Shown: piece by piece, positions 20,042-28,689 of the stretch | Numbering within the stretch: the stretch's first letter is position 1 | Layout: the number at the start of each line of letters is the position of its first letter | Origin: Spirochaetota bacterium | Lineage (GTDB): Bacteria; Spirochaetota; UBA4802; UBA5550 | Length of the DNA stretch: 64,000 nt | Assembly: GCA_963664815.2 (NCBI GenBank) | Contig: CAXXHB010000003.1 | Span: 1,952,001-2,016,000 of the forward strand | Direction of reading: 5' to 3' | Notes under the pieces: model-generated | Databases searched by the model: none | Seen by the model: the letters and a program-made list of their open reading frames with translations, nothing else | Told to the model about the DNA's origin: nothing | Position numbers and translations under genes: made by a program

Positions 20042-20135
20042 GCGCTTTTTGCATATAACTCTTTTCTATCCGAACAAACTTTCGCATAGTACAGGAAAAT
20101 TCTGTTAAAACCGAAAGAAAGTACGTACAGTAAAG
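20042..20135 (-). other. Candidate attI-like primary site between recombinase stop and first cassette
   Basis: Minus-strand GTTATATGC core at 20059-20051 with no partner hairpin on the integrase side. Confidence 0.45.
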
Positions 20136-21209
20136 CTATATATCCAGGGGACTCTTGATGCTCCTGAGTTTACCCGTACTTACATGTGTATAAATCATCG
20201 TGGTATCAGGACTTTGATGCCCTAATAGTTCCTGTATATATCGTATATCTATACCCTGTTCAAGCAGATGTGTAGCAAAACTATGCCTTAAAGAGTGAAC
20301 TGTAACTGCTTTTTTTATACCGGCTTTTACTACAGCGCGTTGAAAAATATTCTGGACAGATCTCCCTTTGATGTGGCTCCCATCCTCCTGCCCTTTAAAA
20401 AGCCAGTTTTCAGGATGATATATCTCAATGTAAGATTTTAAAAGGGCAAGAAATGTTTCGGACAGAAGAGTGGCACGATCCTTCCTCCCCTTTCCGCACC
20501 TTAAATTGATGGCACCCCTGCCAATGTCTATATCGCTCAGCTTTATTGTAACTGCCTCGTTTAGCCTCAATCCGGCGGAATAAATTAATGCAATAATTGT
20601 TTTATGCTTCAGATTTTCTATACTTTCAAGTAAAGAATGAACTTCAGGTTTACTTAAAACAACAGGAAGCTTTTTATCCCTTTTAGGCGGCGTAATTTCA
20701 TAAATAAAATCTCTCTTTAATACCTCACCATAATAAAATCTGAGAGAATTGATCATCAGCTGCACTGTCGCTGCGCTTAGATTTTTTTCTGAAACTTTGG
20801 AAGAAAGAAATACCGTTATATCCTGCTGTATAATGCTTTCAGGTTTTTTTTCAGAAAAGACAAGAAGATCTGCATTATAGTGAAGGTAGCTTTTAATTGT
20901 GCTGCGGCTGTATTTTCTTATTATAAGTTCATCTTTAAGCGCTTTAAGAAATTCATCCGGAAAGTCATTGTTGCCGTTGGCAGGTGTGGCATCACTGCCA
21001 ATGTATACACAATATTTCAGATTAACTACTGTTTCAAGCAGTCTGTCAAAGTTCTCTTTCCTGTCAGGAATATACCATATTTTTCCTGCATTATCCCATC
21101 TTCTGCCTGATATACCTCTGATTACTGTAAGCAATTCCTGATTATACATGAATTTTACAGCAAGATGAGAATTGTCAGACGAGGCTATATGAATTTCATT
21201 TTTATTCAT
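20136..21209 (-). CDS. Tyrosine recombinase with N-terminal HARP-like domain and SAM-like domain (integron-integrase-related, lacks I2 insertion)
   Basis: GLRLNE (R), GKGRKDR (K), HSLRHSFATHLLE (HxxR), LLGH, TTMIYTH (Y); N-terminal FMYNQELLTVIRGISGRRWDNAGKIWYIP. Confidence 0.9.
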   Translation of the reverse strand: MNKNEIHIASSDNSHLAVKFMYNQELLTVIRGISGRRWDNAGKIWYIPDRKENFDRLLETVVNLKYCVYIGSDATPANGNNDFPDEFLKALKDELIIRKYSRSTIKSYLHYNADLLVFSEKKPESIIQQDITVFLSSKVSEKNLSAATVQLMINSLRFYYGEVLKRDFIYEITPPKRDKKLPVVLSKPEVHSLLESIENLKHKTIIALIYSAGLRLNEAVTIKLSDIDIGRGAINLRCGKGRKDRATLLSETFLALLKSYIEIYHPENWLFKGQEDGSHIKGRSVQNIFQRAVVKAGIKKAVTVHSLRHSFATHLLEQGIDIRYIQELLGHQSPDTTMIYTHVSTGKLRSIKSPLDI

Positions 21210-21720
21210 TATTTAACTTGCTCATCATTGCAACCGGCTATTAATACGTATCAGAATTGCCGTTATTTCAATACATTTTTTCAAATATTCAAATAAATAT
21301 CAGGATTGTTTCCAAACCGGCATTTTTATAATCCTGTGCATAAAAAGATAATACAATATAAACTACTACCTGTTTTGCAACCAGCCCGGCTGTTATGTGA
21401 AACTTCACTATTACTCTTAAGGCGGTCTGCCGGTAGCCTGTATATAAACTGCTTTTCATACTTTATAAAATCCATAATTTCCTGAAGTTTTCTTTTATCA
21501 CAAAACCGGTAATCACGTTGTTGAGCTGGCTGCCGCGCAATGAAGGAATATGAAAAATGTTATAAGCACAAATCGTGCCGAAAACCGCAGTAGGCTGCAG
21601 TGATTATGCACCATCTGTCGCCATGTATATGCCTTTTATCCGTCACAAATCCGCCATGTATCCGGCGAAGTAACATCAGAATTTTTTTTGCTTTTCCCGG
21701 AAATTTTTTAAATTCCCCGA

Positions 21721-22009
21721 TTTCTTTAACCACACCGTTCCCCGGGTGTTTTTAAGTAAAACCGGAAATGTATCGAGGGGACCACTACAGGAAAATTGTT
21801 TTCTTAAAATATATTAATAATATCATTCGTCTGAACACGATTACAGGATTAAAGGATTGGCAGGATTTTGGTTCATGTGCTCTCTGTTGATCGCTTTGAT
21901 GCTGTTCGTAATGAAATATTATCAATATACCCGTGTCAACGATGGAACCGCACCTTCCCTTTTCTTTAACCACACCGCTCCACTGGTTTTTTATGTGAAA
22001 CCGGAAATG
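21721..22009 (+). repeat. Imperfect ~50-bp direct repeat, two copies 240 bp apart
   Basis: TTTCTTTAACCACACCG...AAACCGGAAATG at 21721-21770 and 21961-22009. Confidence 0.7.
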
Positions 22010-22015
22010 CTATAG

Positions 22016-22052
22016 TCACCCCTCGCCATTTGGAGAGGGGCCGGGGGTGAGG
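22016..22052. repeat. REP-like GC-rich palindrome
   Basis: TCACCCCTCGCCATTTGGAGAGGGGCCGGGGGTGAGG. Confidence 0.55.
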
Positions 22053-22166
22053 TCTGCATCGTGCATCATCTGATTCAGATTCAAATTCACTGCAGATTTA
22101 TGACAAAATCCCGACTCTGTTTACAGAGTATTCAGTATCGCTTCAATTACGCCTCAAACACGCTAC

Positions 22167-22712
22167 CTACAGCTTTAAACGCGCGTTTTTCTCTGCCGGT
22201 AACGGTGTTGAAACGGTATTGAAACGGTTTTTAACAGGGTCTACATACTGCTTAAGTACTGTTTTAACAGCTTCACCTCTGTCTTTTCCCGCATTAATAT
22301 TACTCTGCCCACCTGCTGTTCTGCTGTTTTCTGAATGGTAACCGGCATATTCTGTAATATCACCAGAAGCGGATACAACCACTGCATCCCCTGTTCCGCC
22401 GATTCGCGATGGAGTAACAGGTGAACCTGGAGCAATGCCGCGAAGGTATTCAGACATAAAAAGGTTGTACCCTGACTTTTTCTTCCTCTTTGCCCTGTTT
22501 CTGTAGAGAGCTTTCTCCTCTTCCGGAAGAACCTGCCAGGCCTTTACGCCGCCGCCGAAATTACCCCTGCACTTCACCTGCGGTTCAGTACGCGGATTGG
22601 AGGGAATTGTGCGTGCTTTAATGTAGATTTTACCATAACGCCTGTAAAGCACAAGATCGCCCATACCTCCATGCGCAGTTCTTAAATAGGGATGAAGCTT
22701 AACTTTTGCCAT
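22167..22712 (-). CDS. Basic DUF6266-like hypothetical protein with HMG-box-like motifs
   Basis: RBS AAGGAG; GGMGDLVLYRRYGKIYIKAR...NPRTEPQ...RGNF; W-L-EEEK-Y and SGYNLFMSEY. Confidence 0.6.
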   Translation of the reverse strand: MAKVKLHPYLRTAHGGMGDLVLYRRYGKIYIKARTIPSNPRTEPQVKCRGNFGGGVKAWQVLPEEEKALYRNRAKRKKKSGYNLFMSEYLRGIAPGSPVTPSRIGGTGDAVVVSASGDITEYAGYHSENSRTAGGQSNINAGKDRGEAVKTVLKQYVDPVKNRFNTVSTPLPAEKNARLKL

Positions 22713-22864
22713 AGATATACACTCCTTTATTGCTGTTATATTTTATCGTAATTTATATAGAAACTTATGTCTCTAATAACCAGTGCGGAAAAACAAATGA
22801 CATGGGGCAAGCAGAATTTTTAAAAATTTTATATCTTAATAAACCAGGTTTATCAAAGAAGATA

Positions 22865-23034
22865 TTCTGCTTTGCCCCTTCCGGGCGCCCGAGCGCAGCG
22901 ACAAAGTACCCTTGGGGTAGGTGCGGGGGCTGATAAGTCCAGGTTGCTGAAGGTATACTATACAGACAGTTCTGCCTTGCCCCTTCCGGGCGCCCGAGCG
23001 TAGCGACAAAGTACCCTTGGGGTAGGTGCGGGGG
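22865..23034. repeat. Two ~65-bp GC-rich REP-like direct repeats
   Basis: TTCTGC-TTGCCCCTTCCGGGCGCCCGAGCG-AGCGACAAAGTACCCTTGGGGTAGGTGCGGGGG at 22865-22929 and 22970-23034. Confidence 0.85.
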
Positions 23035-23430
23035 GGTCTGAGCTGCGTCAAATTGTACGGGGTCCGGGCTGTTACGGCTGCTGAACGTATATTTTCAATG
23101 CTGTACTACTGCTTTCCCCTGTTACGATACTATACATTTATATTCATTGACATTTTTTATATATATTTAAAAGTTGAAAAAAATAATTAAGGAGAAATCA
23201 TTCCGGAACTGACTGTAATATTTAAACCAGAACCGGAGCTGTAGAATACTGAATCGATACCAATAACCGTTTTTTAAGTAAAGTAAATCATTTTAACTAC
23301 TTGAAAGGGGTGAAATATGTATATCGGGTATTTTCTGCAGAAAGGGATTTCTTATAATTATTAATACCTCCCTCATTATTAAACAATCCTGAATAACATT
23401 TTTGCCCCTTGTAATTTACAGGAGGCATAT

Positions 23431-24225
23431 ATGCTGATCACCCGGAATCAAAGGGAAAATCTTAACAATCTTTTTGACAGATTAAAATTAAACAATAAGC
23501 ATGGAAAGGATCATGATGCTAAAATCGAACAGATTCTCTCTTATCTGGAGATTATCCATGCTGAAATAAGAAGATATTCTATGAAAAGAAACCTTGTTTT
23601 CATAGAGAGCTGCGCAGGGAACTGCTGTCTAAGCTTTCTTGTTTATTATTACTACACACATATTGAAAAACGTCCGGTGTCAATACATTGCGTTGATATC
23701 AACAATAAGCTTTTATTCAATGCAGAAAAAACAGCTGCAGAGATGGGATTCGACAGAATGTATTTTCATAACTGCGACATTCTGAATTACAATGCTGCCG
23801 GGAATATTGATCTTGTTTACTCTCTCCATGCATGTGACACGGCTACAGACGGAACGATTTTTCTCGGTTTGAAAAACAGGGCAAAAACAATACTCTCAGT
23901 TTCATGCTGTCAGCATTCAATCAAGAAACAGCTGAGAAATCCCCGGTACAGAGTAATAACCAAGCATGGTGTGTTTAAAGACCGAATCGTTTACATGGCG
24001 GGGGACTCATTACGTGCGCTCCTTCTGGAAATGAACGGATATAAAACAGATATTTTTGAATTTGTGTCCTCCCGGTACACGGATAAAAACATCATGATAA
24101 GGGGACGTATCGGGAACTGCATCAATCGCGGGGAATTACTTGAGGAATATACAAAAGTCAGCAATGAATTTCATTTAAAACCGGCGCTTGAAAGATATTT
24201 AAAAGACTTTTCTTCTGTAATTTAA
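23431..24225 (+). CDS. SAM-dependent methyltransferase-domain protein
   Basis: ESCAGNCCLSF, CVDIN, SLHACDTATD, SVSCCQH. Confidence 0.85.
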   Translation: MLITRNQRENLNNLFDRLKLNNKHGKDHDAKIEQILSYLEIIHAEIRRYSMKRNLVFIESCAGNCCLSFLVYYYYTHIEKRPVSIHCVDINNKLLFNAEKTAAEMGFDRMYFHNCDILNYNAAGNIDLVYSLHACDTATDGTIFLGLKNRAKTILSVSCCQHSIKKQLRNPRYRVITKHGVFKDRIVYMAGDSLRALLLEMNGYKTDIFEFVSSRYTDKNIMIRGRIGNCINRGELLEEYTKVSNEFHLKPALERYLKDFSSVI

Positions 24226-24243
24226 ACTTTTAAATATCTGTGA

Positions 24244-24276
24244 TTCACTCCGGTCACTATGCATGTCCGGAGTGAA
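24244..24276. terminator. Hairpin between convergent genes
   Basis: TTCACTCCGG / CCGGAGTGAA 10-bp inverted repeat. Confidence 0.45.
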
Positions 24277-24292
24277 CAATCTGTTATCGCCA

Positions 24293-25015
24293 TTAAAGAT
24301 TTTTTCTCTGCCATTCAGCAGCCTTCCGGCGGCTTATCTGTTCTTTGCGGTCATGTTCTTCAATCTCATTCATAGCTTTTATAACATCCGCTTCTGTTAT
24401 TTTATCAGGGTTATAATAATCGAGAAAAATCTCAGCTTCAATAAACGGGAAATATTCAAATACCTTTATCTGCATTGCGCGGGAACATCCAAGCAATGAT
24501 ATAGCTATTGTACGGTAATCAATAACTCCCAGATCTGCCGGATTGCCGCCTATGATTTTATACAGAAAAATTGTTTCGATTTTATTTACAAGTTCCGGAT
24601 CAATTTTAAACAATATTGATGTGCTGAAAAACTCATTCTTACGTCTTTCCAGTTTAAGATGTTTTTCAAAATAGAGATTTTCTATATCCGGATCCACAAG
24701 CATAAAAAGCCTTAATCTTAAAATAAACGGTGAACCTGAGCCGGATTGTATCATTGAGAGAGCAATCTGAACTATCTTTTTTAAAAGCTTTGTATCAATA
24801 TCGTTTTCAGATTCAACAAGGTCTGACAGATGTTTCCAGACAATTTCCGGATCTGTACCTTTCGTAATCATTTCCAGGGCATTCGAAAGATAACTGTAAT
24901 TGCCGGTCAGATAACCGTACTTCTCTAATTCTATCAATCCCCTTGTAATTGCTATTTCGTATAATGAGGTCAAAATATGAATAAGGTCCATCTGATTTTT
25001 TTTAATGTTATCCAT
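24293..25015 (-). CDS. Soluble protein with MotA-cytoplasmic-like N-terminus and FliG C-terminal-like domain
   Basis: AITRGLIELE...LSNALEMITKGTDPE; IDYRTIAISLLGCSRAMQIKVF...DVIKAMNEI. Confidence 0.55.
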   Translation of the reverse strand: MDNIKKNQMDLIHILTSLYEIAITRGLIELEKYGYLTGNYSYLSNALEMITKGTDPEIVWKHLSDLVESENDIDTKLLKKIVQIALSMIQSGSGSPFILRLRLFMLVDPDIENLYFEKHLKLERRKNEFFSTSILFKIDPELVNKIETIFLYKIIGGNPADLGVIDYRTIAISLLGCSRAMQIKVFEYFPFIEAEIFLDYYNPDKITEADVIKAMNEIEEHDRKEQISRRKAAEWQRKNL

Positions 25016-25044
25016 GAGGGTATAAATCCTTATAATATAATATT

Positions 25045-26028
25045 TTAATCAATTGCTTGAAACGGAATTCTATTATGTTTTGAGTATTCTTCAGAAAAGG
25101 AATTTTTATATCCGTAAATTGTTACTCCGGTGCATTCGAAAAACGCAGACGACTGAATTATATTGACGCTGCCTGGTATGGTGACAGATTTAAGGCCTGT
25201 GCATCTGCTGAATGCCCTTTCCCCTATAATGGTCACTCCTGCAGGAATTATGATGCTGTTTATTCCGGTACAGCAGGAAAACGCATCCATTTCTATCTCA
25301 TTAACTCCATCCGGAATAATATATGTTTTCTCTTTTTTCCCTTCAGGGCATTGACGAAGAATTCTGCCATCCCCTGAAAACAGCACTCCATCGATGCTCT
25401 CAAATATCTTGTTCTCTTTTTTTACATTGATTTCTGAAAGAGAGATACATCCGGCAAACGCTATACCACCCACTTTAGTTATACCTGCAGGGAGAGTAAC
25501 AGATGTAAGGGCCGTACAGCTGGCAAACATACCCATAGGTATTTCAGTTATTTTTTCCGGTAAAGAAATACTTTTAAGTCCTGTACAGTGTGCAAAGGCA
25601 AACTCATAGATTGAAATCACGCTATCCGGTATTTTAATATCTGCAAGAGAGGCACAGCCGGAAAAAGCTTGATACCCGATTAAAGTCACATTGTGCGGTA
25701 TTGTAATACTTAGCAGGCCCGTACAGCCGGTAAAGGAGGAATCTCCAATTACAGTTACTTTATCCGGTATAGTAATATTTTTAAGTCCCGTGCAGCCGTT
25801 AAATGCTTTTCTGCCGATTTCTGTTACCGGCTTTCCTTCTATAAATTCCGGAATTACTACATTACCCCCCTTGCCGTTGTATTTCTCAATAGTGATTTCA
25901 CCTTTATTGTCACTGTAACTGAAATTACTATAATTACCGGCCTTAAGAGGAATTGATGAAATAAAAAACAATAAAAACATTGTGATGAAAAGGTAAAGTG
26001 ATATTTTCTTGCAGAGCATCAGAACCAA
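25045..26028 (-). CDS. BspA-type leucine-rich repeat (LRR_5) secreted protein
   Basis: Repeated AFxGCTGLKSITIPDxVTxIG; signal peptide. Confidence 0.92.
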   Translation of the reverse strand: MVLMLCKKISLYLFITMFLLFFISSIPLKAGNYSNFSYSDNKGEITIEKYNGKGGNVVIPEFIEGKPVTEIGRKAFNGCTGLKNITIPDKVTVIGDSSFTGCTGLLSITIPHNVTLIGYQAFSGCASLADIKIPDSVISIYEFAFAHCTGLKSISLPEKITEIPMGMFASCTALTSVTLPAGITKVGGIAFAGCISLSEINVKKENKIFESIDGVLFSGDGRILRQCPEGKKEKTYIIPDGVNEIEMDAFSCCTGINSIIIPAGVTIIGERAFSRCTGLKSVTIPGSVNIIQSSAFFECTGVTIYGYKNSFSEEYSKHNRIPFQAID

Positions 26029-26097
26029 CCTTTACGTTAACCGGTAATGTTACATGGTTAGAAAAAAATCACTGAATAAGGGATATTTTTCTAACTA

Positions 26098-27588
26098 CTA
26101 AATCTTAATCTTATTGAATTCCTTATTCATAACTTTAAAATAATCATCATAATACAATAGACAATACTGTAATATTTTTTCTTTATTAAAATCGTAATTG
26201 GATCCAAAAGCCTGTTTATACTGAAGGATTCTTAAACAGTAATCAAAGTATACTTTCGAAAAAAGTCTCAAATAAACAGTCGAATATTTCGCTGAAGGAT
26301 TCTTCTTATTAAAAGTTTCAATTTTATTTTTTAATGATACCAGGCTGACATCATATTTTTTTATACTATCCCCCAGCCTTTTAACCACCTCTTCATCAGA
26401 AGCGTTCTCTTTATCTTTATTGATAATTTCATCTATTTTTCTCTTTTCCTCATCCTGAAGCTTCTTAATACTTTCAAAAAAGTCAACGATTACAAGAGGT
26501 AAAAAACGGGGATTTGCTGTAATGATTTTTCACCTGTAACCGCTGTCAGGGTTGAAATTATCAATTTTATCCCATGCGTTGAAAAGTGTGCCGATCTCGT
26601 TAGGAAAACTTTCTATATCTGACTTTGCATCCTCCCCCCTTCTGCTGTAAGGTGAGATTGAATAGTTTTCATAAATCCTTTTAAACTCGGCAGGACTGGT
26701 ATTATATAATCTGTTTTTAATCTCATTCGCAGAAAGTATAACTTTTGCAAGCATTCCTTTTTCACTTGTAAAATATATAAATGAATCAAAAATCTTTGTG
26801 TTATCTGAAAATGATACAGATATGTATGCAGCCTTTTTTATATTATCGAATATAAGATCCTTTAAAGTTTTCATCTCTTCTAATGGCAATATAAATGAAT
26901 TATCTGTCTGGTAGGCCTCATAAAAACATTTCATTGCTTTCGCATACCCCTGTATTGTCTGGTCGCTTTCTGCATCAATTCCCATAAGATAAAGTCTATA
27001 CGCTTCACGGTTTGTTGTAAATTTATAAAAGGAGGCGAAATCCCTGTAATACGATTCAAACATGGTGTTTATTGAATAAGCGGTTTTTTCCGCGATATTT
27101 TCCTCAATATAAAACAGACTGTCGGGATATTTCTCTTTCATCACTATAGGTGTAATCTTTACTTCACCGCTTGTCACGTCAACCAGCTGTATCATCACTT
27201 TTATCTCATTTCCGGCAACACGGTATGTACCGCTGAGTACAAGATCAACATCCAGTTTTTCAAATTTATCAATCTGATTCTTTATTGAATCCTCATCGCC
27301 AACTCCTGAAAACTGTGCAAATGCCAGCTGCTGTATATAATAAGTACGCACTTCATTTGGATCAACAACTGAAAGCTCTTTAACCTGAGATAATGACTGT
27401 TTAAGACTAATAGATATCTCCTTGCCAATTGAATCTATATCTTTGCCTTTTTTACCCAGATTTTCAAGGGGGAGAATGACAAGTTTCTTAAATGATTTTT
27501 TCTCCGATGAATTTACAATTGTATAATTTGACGTAAGGCAAATGGATAAAAAAATAATGCAGAGGGCAATTCTTCTTTTTAATTGCAT
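26098..27588 (-). pseudogene. Secreted TolB-N/CsgG-like + TPR protein, one frame interrupted by a single in-frame TGA at 26530-26532
   Basis: LVILPLENLG, VDLVLSGTY, IQLVDVTSGEV; frame stays open from 26529 to stop at 26098. Confidence 0.6.
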
Positions 27589-27697
27589 GGGAAAACACCT
27601 GGATAGATTTTTATATTATACATATTTAAAATAATATAATTTCATTTCTGTCAATTATAATAATAACACAGCTTATCCTCAGTATTTTTATTCAGAA

Positions 27698-28636
27698 TTA
27701 TATACCAACAGAATCAAATACCCGTTTAATCTCATCTTTGTAATGAAAAATACTCCCTGATTTCCGAATTCTCTTTTCAATCTTTCTGCTGTCTGGAAAA
27801 CTCTGAGAAATATAAAACCACAGACCTCTCATTTTATCAAGCACATGAGCATCGGACTGCAGGTCGTTTATATATGCATCAAGCAGATAACCGGTAAAGT
27901 TTTTAATCCTTTCAATCTTTTCGCTTTCTGGTATAGCTTTTCCGTTTTTAATTTCCATGGCTAAACATGGATTAATAAGCAGCCCTCTCCCTATCATCCA
28001 GCCGTTCACGGAAGGGAATCTCCCGAAAAGAGTTTTGAAATCATCCTCTTTTTTAATATCCCCGTTATAAATAACAGGTTTCTCTGAAAGTTTAAGTGCT
28101 TTCTCAAATGCATCTAAATCTACATCACCTGTGTACATCTGTCCTCCTGTTCTGGGATGGATAATTATCTCTTTAACAGGGAAGGAGTTTATTACAGGTA
28201 TAAGTTTCAGAATCTCATCAGGTGCATGCATTCCAATTCTCATTTTTATTGAGATCGGTAGGGTTAAGCTGCTGCAGACTTTTTCAAGGAATAATGATAT
28301 ACTGTCGGGATGTTCTAATAATGCTGAACCTTCACCTTTTTTTACAACAGCTGCGAAGGGGCATCCCAGATTCCAGTTTACCTCTTTGCATCCGTAACCT
28401 TCAAGTTTCCGCGCAAGCGAGATAAACTCATCCGGCGACTTTGTCAGTATCTGCGGAACTGTCCTTACAGCTGTATTTAACTCCGGCGATAATGCCTTTA
28501 ATTTACTTTCACTGTCCGATTTTGTTACGAAGGGAGCAAGGACGGAGTCTACACCACCGAAATGCCTTATAAATGCATTCCGGAATGTTCTGTCCGTAAT
28601 CCCTTTTATCGGGGCAAGATGTATTAATGTTTTCAT
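27698..28636 (-). CDS. tRNA-dihydrouridine synthase family protein
   Basis: LAPIKGITD, NWNLGCP, IIHPRT, YNGDI, MIGRG. Confidence 0.92.
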   Translation of the reverse strand: MKTLIHLAPIKGITDRTFRNAFIRHFGGVDSVLAPFVTKSDSESKLKALSPELNTAVRTVPQILTKSPDEFISLARKLEGYGCKEVNWNLGCPFAAVVKKGEGSALLEHPDSISLFLEKVCSSLTLPISIKMRIGMHAPDEILKLIPVINSFPVKEIIIHPRTGGQMYTGDVDLDAFEKALKLSEKPVIYNGDIKKEDDFKTLFGRFPSVNGWMIGRGLLINPCLAMEIKNGKAIPESEKIERIKNFTGYLLDAYINDLQSDAHVLDKMRGLWFYISQSFPDSRKIEKRIRKSGSIFHYKDEIKRVFDSVGI

Positions 28637-28689
28637 AAAGAAAATTCTGCCATTATAATCATACCGGCGTCAATGATTTAACTGTATTT

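Noticed and set aside
20136-21209. Canonical integron integrase IntI or housekeeping XerC/D
   Set aside because: Lacks the IntI I2 insertion; extra HARP-like N-terminus and cassette context do not fit XerC/D
22200-22230. GTTTCAAT/ATTGAAAC CRISPR-repeat-like ends
   Set aside because: 11-bp tandem units without spacers
22865-23034. Possible mini-CRISPR array
   Set aside because: Only two repeats, 65 bp long, and no cas genes; REP-like instead
23180-23430. Riboswitch or leader peptide (MYIGYFLQKGISYNY) before the methyltransferase
   Set aside because: No recognisable aptamer or terminator/antiterminator that I can support
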